A DNA stretch of 64,000 nt, from NCBI GenBank assembly GCA_965219605.1, contig CBDCOC010000004.1:121619-185618 (forward strand), in the 5' to 3' direction. Of this stretch, positions 10,932-18,922 are shown in pieces. The position numbers and the translations under genes were made by a program. Numbering within the stretch: the first letter of the stretch is position 1; the number at the start of each line of letters is the position of its first letter. This DNA comes from Bryobacterales bacterium. GTDB taxonomy: Bacteria > Acidobacteriota > Terriglobia > Bryobacterales > UBA6623. Below the pieces are notes generated by a model. That model was not told the DNA's origin. It did not search any database and saw only the letters and a list, made by a program, of their open reading frames with translations.

Positions 10932-11759
10932 ATGCAAAACGATATTCCGATCGACTCGCTCCGCGACACGTTGCGGAAAATCTTGGGCGGAGGGCTCAGT
11001 TCGCTGATCCTCGTCGGCGGCCTGCTGATCTTGGCGTTCAACTGCTTCCAAGTCGTGGGAGCGGGCGAGCGTGGCGTGGTCTTCTCCAAATTCGGGGGAA
11101 TCCAGCAAGGCGTGCGCGGCGAGGGCCTGCAGTTCAAGATTCCATTCGTCCAGCAGATCATCCCCATCGACGTCCGGATTCAGAAATCGGAGACCGACTC
11201 TTCGGCCTCGTCCAAGGATCTGCAGACGGTCGATTCGCGCATTGCGCTGAACTACCACATCGCACCGGATCTGGCGGCGCAAATCTACCAAGAGGTCGGC
11301 GTCCTGTACAAGGAGCGGTTGATCGATCCGTCGGTGCAGGAGGCGGTCAAGGCGGTGGCAGCGCAGTTCACCGCCGAGGAGTTGATCACGCGGCGCGCCG
11401 AGGTGTCGGTCCAGATCAAGGAGATGCTCACCGAGCGCTTGGTCAGCCGGCACATCGTTGTCGACGAGTTCAACATCGTTGACTTCAATTTCTCGCCGGT
11501 GTTCAACGATGCGATCGAGGCCAAGCAGAAGGCCGAGCAAGAGGCGCTCAAGGCGCAGCGCGACTTGGATCGCATCAAGATAGAAGCCGAGCAGAAGGTG
11601 ACCACCGCCCAGGCCGAGGCGGAATCGCAGCGGCTGCAGCGGGAGACCATTACCGATACGATCCTTCAGCTGCGCGCAATCGAGAAATGGAACGGCGTGC
11701 TGCCGCAGGTAACCAGTGGCGCGGTGCCGTTCATCGACCTCAAGTCGATGTCCCAGTAG
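10932..11759 (+). CDS. SPFH/band 7 (prohibitin-family) membrane protein
   Basis: N-terminal transmembrane helix, then GERGVVFSKFGGIQ...LQFKIPFVQQIIPIDVRIQK...AQAEAESQRLQ. Confidence 0.85.
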   Translation: MQNDIPIDSLRDTLRKILGGGLSSLILVGGLLILAFNCFQVVGAGERGVVFSKFGGIQQGVRGEGLQFKIPFVQQIIPIDVRIQKSETDSSASSKDLQTVDSRIALNYHIAPDLAAQIYQEVGVLYKERLIDPSVQEAVKAVAAQFTAEELITRRAEVSVQIKEMLTERLVSRHIVVDEFNIVDFNFSPVFNDAIEAKQKAEQEALKAQRDLDRIKIEAEQKVTTAQAEAESQRLQRETITDTILQLRAIEKWNGVLPQVTSGAVPFIDLKSMSQ

Positions 11760-12013
11760 CTTTGCGGCACGGTTCCGGAGACCGCGCCGCCGGGCGTGGT
11801 CTCTTCGCGCCCGGCAAGGCTTGCGCCACGCCCAAGAGCGTGCCAAGGCCCGCCCGGGCCCGCTCCGCGCTCCTCCTCCGGCCTTGGGCGGCAAGGTGCC
11901 GCAGAGGGTGCCGGCGGGGCGGGCGCGTGAGTCCAGCGTTGGAGGATGGCGAAGCAGGCAGCGGGGTTGAGGGGGTGCGGCAAGCATCCGCCGCCGGGGC
12001 TTGCGAAGACCTG

Positions 12014-14104
12014 CTAGCTCGCATGGACGGCCAGGTCGTGTCCGTCCATGTGTGGGGGAGGCTCGAAGCCGAACAGCCGCAGCGCGGTCGGTGCCATGTC
12101 TTCGATTCCGGGATCGGGCGCGGCGAAGTCCCGGTTGCAAAACACCACGCCCGGGATCAACGGCGGGTCAACGCAGTGATCCCCGCTCCAAGCCTTGAGG
12201 TTGTCCTCGAAAACCGGCCCGCTGAGCTTGCCTAGGGCCACTCCCCAAGAACTCCGGTAGCCGGGGCTGTAGCCAACGACCACGTCCGGCGCCGCTTCCA
12301 CGTACGGCCCGCTGTAGACGTCCGCCTTGGGATAGGCGCGATGCACGGCAATTGCGTCGCGCTCTTCGTCGCGCAGGCCCGTGAGCTTGCCGGCGATCTC
12401 CTCGCACAGCGCGTTCGCTGCGGCCCGGCGGACGATGCCATTGGCCTCGCGGCCCTCGACATTGAGATAGATGCCTGCCAGTCCAAAGCTGTACGCCTTG
12501 GTCCTGCTCCAGTCGATCCCGCGCAGGTAGCCCTCCGAGCGCGCGTCCCCGTCCGCGGCCAGGTAGCCCTCTTGCAGGAGCCATGCATTGAGGTTCACGC
12601 CGCGCTGGAAGGACTTGAAGCCGTGGTCCGAGAGCACGAAGAGAACCGTCCTGCCGTCAACATGGCGCATGGCCTTGCCCACGATCCCGTCCATGCGCTT
12701 GTACAGGTCTTCAATGGTTCCCTTGTAGCGCTCGAACGAGTTGCCATTGGCGGCATGGGCCGGATGCTCCGGTTCGAGGTAGCGGTAGAACATGTGCTGG
12801 ACGCGGTCGGGCGTGTCGAACACGCAAGCCACCACGCCCTTCTTGGTGCGCTCGAGAGCCGACTCGAACATCGCCTCTCGCTCGCCGCAGATCTGTTCCG
12901 CCTGCTCGAGGAAGGCGTCCTCGTCCACGACGCGTTCGTTGAGGGCCCAGGTGTCCTCGGCCAGCCCCAGTGTCGAGTAGTCGCCCAGCAGCTTGGCCAG
13001 GTAGGGCGCGTAGAAGGATGGGTGCGAGATGGGCAGGGCCGGCTTTTCGGGATCGATCGATATCGGCGAAAGGTACAGGCGCACGTGCGGCGCGACCTGC
13101 GCCAGGCGAAACTGGGCGATGCCGCTAACCTTGATGCCCAGCCCGGCCCGGAAGGTCAGGCGCACCCAGGGCGTGAAGCGGCCCGGGGTGAGGTCGTAGC
13201 GTTTCCCGCCGATCTCCAAGCGGCCGCGGCCCGGCCCCTCGTCGATCCGCAAGCGGAAGGGTATGCGCAGCTCTCCGGCCCCCTCGCGGACCGAGTTCTC
13301 CGGCCCGCGCACTTCGCCCACGTAGGCTCCGGATTCGCGGCGCAGCGCATAGCACGCGCCGCCCTCTTCGAATGCGGCCTCCGGCGGCGCAGTGGTGAAG
13401 ACCTGGAAGCTGCCTTGCGTGCCGAGCAGGTCCGGGGTACACATGGCCGACAGCAGCCGCCCTTGGAACGGCTCGGGCGGGAATGTGATCGGCACGCGCA
13501 GGATCGTCGAGCCCACCAGATGATCGCCCAGCAGGGCCCAGAACGGCTTGCTCTTGCGCCGCATGTCCACCGGAGGCTTGCTCAGCGGCACTCGCCAGGG
13601 GCCGATCTTCCATACGCGCGAGGGCTGGCGGACCCTTGACGAGGACAGTTCCGGCCGGTAGGTGCGCAGGTTGCGGTTGAGGAAGTCGAACAGGTTGTGC
13701 TTGCCGGGATTGGTCCCGGTGGCGAATGTCGACCACGCCACCGGGGACAGGGCGGGGTAGGTTGTCCGCAGCCGGCTGTAGCGCCCCTGCGCTCGCAGCT
13801 TGGCCAGGTTGGGCAGCTTGCCTTCTTCCAGCAGGCGCTCGACCAGGTCGGGCTCGAGACCGTCCAGGCCTAGGAAGATGAGCTTGCGGATGCTTGCCTT
13901 GCGGTAGCCCTGCCCGCCGCGCACGGCGCGCCATGCGATGCGGAACGGCAGGATCAGGAAGGCAAGCGCCCCGGACACCAGGGCGGCGAGCAGGCTGAAC
14001 AGCGACCCGACGAACGCAAAGCCGGCCCCCGGGCCGACGTACGCCTCCAGCGGGGGCGCGAGCACCAGGCCCGCGGCCAGCAATGCGGGCGGCAGAGCGC
14101 GCAT
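12014..14104 (-). CDS. Alkaline-phosphatase-superfamily protein (type I phosphodiesterase/nucleotide pyrophosphatase-like), membrane anchored
   Basis: ...LIFLGLDGLEPDLVERLLEEGKLPNLAKL...TYPALSPVAWSTFATGTNPGKHNLFDF...VLSDHGF.... ATG at 14104 (MRALPPALL...) is preferred over the ORF start at 14224. Confidence 0.75.
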   Translation of the reverse strand: MRALPPALLAAGLVLAPPLEAYVGPGAGFAFVGSLFSLLAALVSGALAFLILPFRIAWRAVRGGQGYRKASIRKLIFLGLDGLEPDLVERLLEEGKLPNLAKLRAQGRYSRLRTTYPALSPVAWSTFATGTNPGKHNLFDFLNRNLRTYRPELSSSRVRQPSRVWKIGPWRVPLSKPPVDMRRKSKPFWALLGDHLVGSTILRVPITFPPEPFQGRLLSAMCTPDLLGTQGSFQVFTTAPPEAAFEEGGACYALRRESGAYVGEVRGPENSVREGAGELRIPFRLRIDEGPGRGRLEIGGKRYDLTPGRFTPWVRLTFRAGLGIKVSGIAQFRLAQVAPHVRLYLSPISIDPEKPALPISHPSFYAPYLAKLLGDYSTLGLAEDTWALNERVVDEDAFLEQAEQICGEREAMFESALERTKKGVVACVFDTPDRVQHMFYRYLEPEHPAHAANGNSFERYKGTIEDLYKRMDGIVGKAMRHVDGRTVLFVLSDHGFKSFQRGVNLNAWLLQEGYLAADGDARSEGYLRGIDWSRTKAYSFGLAGIYLNVEGREANGIVRRAAANALCEEIAGKLTGLRDEERDAIAVHRAYPKADVYSGPYVEAAPDVVVGYSPGYRSSWGVALGKLSGPVFEDNLKAWSGDHCVDPPLIPGVVFCNRDFAAPDPGIEDMAPTALRLFGFEPPPHMDGHDLAVHAS

Positions 14105-14133
14105 ACGACCATGGTAGCCCGCTCTGCGACTGC

Positions 14134-14712
14134 CTAGCCTGCGCCCCCGCTCGATTCGTCGCTGCGTGTCGACCGCATCAACTTGCCCAGGTGGGCCTTC
14201 GCCGCGAATGCGAGCAGTATGCACAGCCCGATGGGCAGGAACGCTATGTTCGCGACGGTCCGCAAGAATTCCGGATTGCGCACGCCGCTGCGCGAAACGG
14301 CCAGGCGCGCCGCTTGGCGCCAGTGCGCGATGTCCAGCCAGTACAGGCCTTGGTCCTTATCGGCGACAAGGATCTTTGCCGGCAGCAGCAGGATCAAGGC
14401 CACTTTCCACCTAGCGAGCAGCCGGCTGTCGCTGCAAAGGATCGTCGCGGCCGTGTGGCGCTGCCGGCGCATCTCCAGCAGCATCTGCCAGCGTTCGGCG
14501 GCAGTCGCGGCGTCGAACGAACGCCAGCGCCGGCCGGACGAGCCCAGTTCGTCCGGGGCGTCGGGCAGGCAGGTGAACAAGTCCAGCGGCGCCTGGCCGC
14601 AGATGGAGGCGCGCAGCTCGGGTATCAGGGCGTCTAGATCCGAGCGCGGGCCGCTCTCGACTAGCAGCATCCGCTCGATCGGCGGCACCTTCTTGCGCAG
14701 GAACCAGCGCAT
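14134..14712 (-). CDS. Hypothetical membrane-associated protein
   Basis: ORF from the ATG at 14712 (MRWFLRKKVPPIERMLLVESGP...). No family recognised. Confidence 0.4.
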   Translation of the reverse strand: MRWFLRKKVPPIERMLLVESGPRSDLDALIPELRASICGQAPLDLFTCLPDAPDELGSSGRRWRSFDAATAAERWQMLLEMRRQRHTAATILCSDSRLLARWKVALILLLPAKILVADKDQGLYWLDIAHWRQAARLAVSRSGVRNPEFLRTVANIAFLPIGLCILLAFAAKAHLGKLMRSTRSDESSGGAG

Positions 14713-14745
14713 CTCTTGGTAGGGTAGCGCGGTACAATGGCAGGT

Positions 14746-15093
14746 ATGGCCAAAGTGCGCTTCTATCAGAACCCCAGTTGAACGAGCTGCCGCAAGGCTA
14801 GGAGTTTCCTGGCCGATCTTGGCGCCGATCTGGAATTGGTCAACCTGCGCAAGGGGTTGAGCGTCGAGGACTTGGACGCGCTGATCGGGGATCGCGACCA
14901 CCTCAAGTTCCTCAACTCCCGCAACGTTCTCTACCGCGAGCTGGGCATGAAGGACAATCCGCCCGGGCGCGAGGAAGCGTTGCGGCTGATGTCGGAGAAC
15001 CCCAACCTGATCAGGCGGCCGCTGAGCGTGCAGGGCGGCAAGGTGGTGGCGGGATTCGCGCGCGACGAACTCGCCGCCCTCTGCGAGGGCTAG
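14746..15093 (+). CDS. Spx/ArsC-family thioredoxin-fold protein with an in-frame TGA at 14779-14781 (selenocysteine candidate, or a nonsense pseudogene)
   Basis: ATG at 14746 gives MAKVRFYQNPS-TGA-TSCRKARSFLADLGADLELVNLRKGLSVEDL.... The TGA falls where the first Cys of the family CxxC motif (PSCTSCRKAR) lies. A hairpin lies at 14796-14814. Confidence 0.55.
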
Positions 15094-15177
15094 CGAGGCT
15101 GCGCCGCAGGCCGGCGCAAGGGATCGAAACTTGGCTCAATCGCCAGCCTTGCGCGGAAACAGGAAGTCCGGCAGGGC

Positions 15178-15253
<76 letters not shown>

Positions 15254-15282
15254 TTTCTAGCGCTATGCCGCCCGGCGAGCGC

Positions 15283-15357
15283 TGGAGCGGGAGACGGGAA
15301 TCGAACCCGCAACCAACAGCTTGGAAGGCTGTGACTCTACCATTGAGTTACTCCCGC
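15283..15357 (-). tRNA. tRNA-Gly (anticodon TCC)
   Basis: Reverse complement GCGGGAGTAACTCAATGGTAGAGTCACAGCCTTCCAAGCTGTTGGTTGCGGGTTCGATTCCCGTCTCCCGCTCCA. Confidence 0.9.
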
Positions 15358-15377
15358 CGTGCCCGCGAGCGCGCGAT

Positions 15378-15453
<76 letters not shown>

Positions 15454-15591
15454 CTAACGCGCTCCTCACCCATGATACACCGGGGAGCATCGCTTGCATC
15501 TCTTGCAAGCATTGGCCATGAGCCGCCGCGCGACGGGCGGCGCTTCGCTTCCAGCGCCGTCACCAGTGGCAGCTGCGATGCTTGCGAACGT

Positions 15592-15665
15592 TGGCTGGGA
15601 GGCAGGGATTCGAACCCCGATAAACAGATCCAGAGTCTGCCGTGTTACCGTTACACCACCTCCCA
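15592..15665 (-). tRNA. tRNA-Gln (anticodon CTG)
   Basis: Reverse complement TGGGAGGTGGTGTAACGGTAACACGGCAGACTCTGGATCTGTTTATCGGGGTTCGAATCCCTGCCTCCCAGCCA. Anticodon loop CTCTGGA. Confidence 0.85.
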
Positions 15666-15727
15666 GTACGGGAGCGCCTATGCCTTGAGTATACCTGCCA
15701 CCGCAGGCCGGCCGGAGCGCTAGCCTC

Positions 15728-17116
15728 TTCCAATGCCAAATGAGCCTGACAAGCGGGATTGTTTCCAACGGGAAATGAGCCTGAAGGGGCCTCGCGCGGG
15801 GATATGAGAACCATGGGAGGATGGTTTTGCATCTCAATCTGGACACGCACAAGACGCGCGAGGACATCCTGCGCTTCCTGGAGGGCAACGCGGCAGGCAG
15901 CGTCGTGGTGCCGGATCGCGCGGCGGCCTACGAGCACATCGGGCAGGTCTTGCGGCGGTTTTCGTACTGGCGGCTGAGCAAGCCGGATCGGGGGCTGGTG
16001 AAACGGTACCTGGAACGCACGACGGGCCTGTCGCGGGCGCAGCTGACACGGCTGGTGAAGCGCTATCTGGCGAGCGGGCAGCTGCGTGCCGGGCGGCGCG
16101 GAGCCGGGCGCCGCTTCCAGCACAAGTACCAGCCGCAAGACATCGAACTGCTAGCCGAAACGGACGAATTGCACGGCACGCTGTCGGGGCCGGCCACGCT
16201 GGCCCTCTGCCAGCGCGCTTGGCAGCTCTTCGGCGACGAGCGCTTCCAGCGCTTGGCGCAGTTGTCGAACGGGCACCTGTACAACTTGCGGCGCAGCGCG
16301 CGCTACCTGCGGCGCTTAGGCAGCAAGGCCGGCACACGCCCGGCGGCGGTGACGATTGCCGAACGCCGGCGGCCGCGCCCCAACGGTCGCCCGGGTTACG
16401 TGCGGGTCGATTCGGTGCACCAGGGAGACCGCGGCAAAGTCAAGGGCGTATATCACATTAATCTGGTCGACGAGGTGACGCAGTTCCAGTTCGTGGGCAG
16501 CGTGGAGCGCATCTCCGAGCACTTCCTGCTGCCGGTGCTGGAGGACCTGCTGGGCGCCTTCCCGTTCCGCATCTGCGGCTTGCATTCCGACAACGGCTCC
16601 GAGTACATCAACCACCGCGTGGCGGGGCTGCTGGAGAAGCTGCGCAGCGAGCAGTTCACCAAGTCGCGCCCGCGGCGCAGCAACGACAATGCCTTGGTGG
16701 AGTCGAAGAACGGCACGGTCGTGCGCAAGCAACTCGGCTACGGGCATATTGCGGGGCGGCACGCCGAGCGGTTGCACCAGTTCAACCGCGAGGTGCTCTC
16801 GCCGTATCTGAACTACCATCGTCCGTGCTACTTTCCCAGTGAGGAGGTGGACGCCAAGGGCAAGCTGCGCAAGCGCTACCGGCAGCAGGACCTGTGCACG
16901 CCGTATGAGCAGCTGAAAGCGCTGCCGGAGGCGGCGGCCTGCCTGCGCGCGGGGCTGGACTTCGTGCAGTTGGATGCGGAGGCTTACCGGATGAGCGATA
17001 ACGAAGCAGCGCGGCGGTTGAACGAGGCGCGCGACGAGCTGTTCGCGGCCATCCGTGCGGAGTAGTGCGGGCCATTGCGGGAAAAGGGCGGCTACAGGCT
17101 CATTTGGCATTGGAAA
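15728..17116 (+). mobile_element. Insertion sequence with 21-bp perfect terminal inverted repeats and an rve-type DDE transposase (family uncertain, IS481/ISNCY-like)
   Basis: TTCCAATGCCAAATGAGCCTG at 15728-15748 has its exact reverse complement at 17096-17116. The element carries a single transposase ORF. Confidence 0.85.
15821..17065 (+). CDS. DDE transposase with integrase-core (rve) domain
   Basis: ...VRVDSVHQGD...GVYHINLVDEVTQF...LHSDNGSEYINHRVAGLL...NDNALVESKNGTVVRK.... Confidence 0.85.
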   Translation: MVLHLNLDTHKTREDILRFLEGNAAGSVVVPDRAAAYEHIGQVLRRFSYWRLSKPDRGLVKRYLERTTGLSRAQLTRLVKRYLASGQLRAGRRGAGRRFQHKYQPQDIELLAETDELHGTLSGPATLALCQRAWQLFGDERFQRLAQLSNGHLYNLRRSARYLRRLGSKAGTRPAAVTIAERRRPRPNGRPGYVRVDSVHQGDRGKVKGVYHINLVDEVTQFQFVGSVERISEHFLLPVLEDLLGAFPFRICGLHSDNGSEYINHRVAGLLEKLRSEQFTKSRPRRSNDNALVESKNGTVVRKQLGYGHIAGRHAERLHQFNREVLSPYLNYHRPCYFPSEEVDAKGKLRKRYRQQDLCTPYEQLKALPEAAACLRAGLDFVQLDAEAYRMSDNEAARRLNEARDELFAAIRAE

Positions 17117-17585
17117 GCGGGACGGCCTCGCGGCCCGCGGACGGAGCGCGGGGGCCACGCCTGGGCGGGCGGGGGCAGCGGCCGCCTGATTAAAACAAAA
17201 TATAATGAGAATGTGCTGGTGGGCTAGCCCACCAGCACGCTCCCCGCTCTCCCCAGCCCCCCGTCTCGAGCAGGCCTGCAGCGGGCAGCGCGGCTGCGCC
17301 CCCGAGTACCACCTCCCCCACTGGGTGTATCATGCATTCACTCTCACTTCTTCTGCCCGGCTCCCTTCAGGCTCATTTTCGGATTGGAAAGGACTGCGCT
17401 TGCGCCTCTCCGGCGCCATACCTCCGGTGCGGCTTCCGCCGCACGCTGGTTTTCGGCTGTTGCTGCGAAGCGGGTTCGTGAAGCCATCTTGGCGAATGCG
17501 GTCGCTGGCTTCGGGGCCTGTCGTGCGAGCACGGCCCAGCCCGACGCCGCCCGCATCGCAAGCGAGAATTTGAGATCCTTTACAC

Positions 17586-18551
17586 GTGAGGATTGCAATG
17601 CTGGGAGCGGGGGCCGTCGGAGGCTACTTCGGGTCTCGCATGGCAGCGGCCGGCTTGGAGGTGTCCTTCTTGCTGCGGGCAGAGAGTGCCCGCAGGCTCA
17701 GGGCCAGCGGACTGCGCGTGCGCAGTCCTTGCGGTGATATGCACTTGAACCGGCCATCCGTGCTGGAGCTTGGCAGCAGCGCTCCCGCGCCGGATATCCT
17801 GTTTTTCGCATGTAAGGCAGAGCATGTCCGGGCCGCTGCCGAGGCAGCGGCCCCGCTCGTAGGCCCGTCTACGGTCGCTATACCGCTGCAGAACGGAATT
17901 GACGCGCCCGCGGTACTGCGCGACGTTCTCGGGAGGGAACCGGTACTGGGAGGGCTGAGCCGAATCTTTGCCGAGCGTGTCACGGCCGGAGAGATCTCGC
18001 ACACGGGGCTGCGCCCGTCCATTGCTTGCGGAGAACTCGAAGGAGGCCTTTCGGATCGCGTGGCCGAAGTGGCCGATACTTTTGCGTCGGTCCCGGGAAT
18101 GTCGCTCGATGCGTCCGATGACATCTGGACCGCGATGTGGATCAAGCTGCTGGCGGTATGCTCCATCGGGTCGGTCGGGGCGGCGGCACGCGCTCCTTTG
18201 GGCGCGCTGCTGGGCGTGCCCGCAACGCGCGAGCTATTGCTCGCTGCCGGGGAGGAAATTGCCGCTGTCGGACGGGCGCATGGAGCGCGGATTGCGGACG
18301 GCTTCGTTGCGGCGCAGGTGGTTCGCTTCGAGAGACTGCCGCCAATGGCGACCGCTTCCATGCATCGCGACCTTGAGCGGGGCGAGGCCTCCGAACTGGA
18401 TCAACAATTGGGCGCCGTGCGTCGCTACGGCCGGCGACTCGACATCGGGACTCCCGTCTTGGATGCGCTCTACGCTGCGCTGCTGCCCGGTGAGTTGCGC
18501 GCCAGGGGCGAACTCTCGTACCAGAACGTCGCCCCTCGAGCCAGTCGTTGA
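17586..18551 (+). CDS. panE: 2-dehydropantoate 2-reductase (ketopantoate reductase family)
   Basis: MRIAMLGAGAVGGYFGSRMAAAGLEVSFLLR Rossmann N-terminus. ...SMHRDLERGEASELDQQLGAV... ApbA C-terminal domain. Confidence 0.8.
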   Translation: MRIAMLGAGAVGGYFGSRMAAAGLEVSFLLRAESARRLRASGLRVRSPCGDMHLNRPSVLELGSSAPAPDILFFACKAEHVRAAAEAAAPLVGPSTVAIPLQNGIDAPAVLRDVLGREPVLGGLSRIFAERVTAGEISHTGLRPSIACGELEGGLSDRVAEVADTFASVPGMSLDASDDIWTAMWIKLLAVCSIGSVGAAARAPLGALLGVPATRELLLAAGEEIAAVGRAHGARIADGFVAAQVVRFERLPPMATASMHRDLERGEASELDQQLGAVRRYGRRLDIGTPVLDALYAALLPGELRARGELSYQNVAPRASR

Positions 18552-18922
18552 GCATGGCCGATCCGCCTTGTGCGCGGTGCATGCTTTCGTTGCTGATCTG
18601 TCTCTGGGAGAATGGATTGCGAAGCCGACCGCCAACACGCGTTCTCTACCCTTGCCGAAGAGTTGCCTCGTGATGCCCTCGTGCGATCCTGTCCGCTGAC
18701 GACGATCTCATCACGAGGCAGCCCATCATCCGGGGTAGGGCATCTGCGGCAAAGGCACGAAGCAGCAGCGCGATGTGTTGGGCGAGCATGGCGTGCCGGA
18801 CTAGTTCCCCAAGGCACGGTGCGAGCGTTGCCGCTGCGTTTCGTGAAGCAGAACACTTTTTTCAGGCCTGCTTGCGCGAGTGAGGGCATTGGCCGTGTGC
18901 CGCGCTTTGGTGCTGCTGGGAT

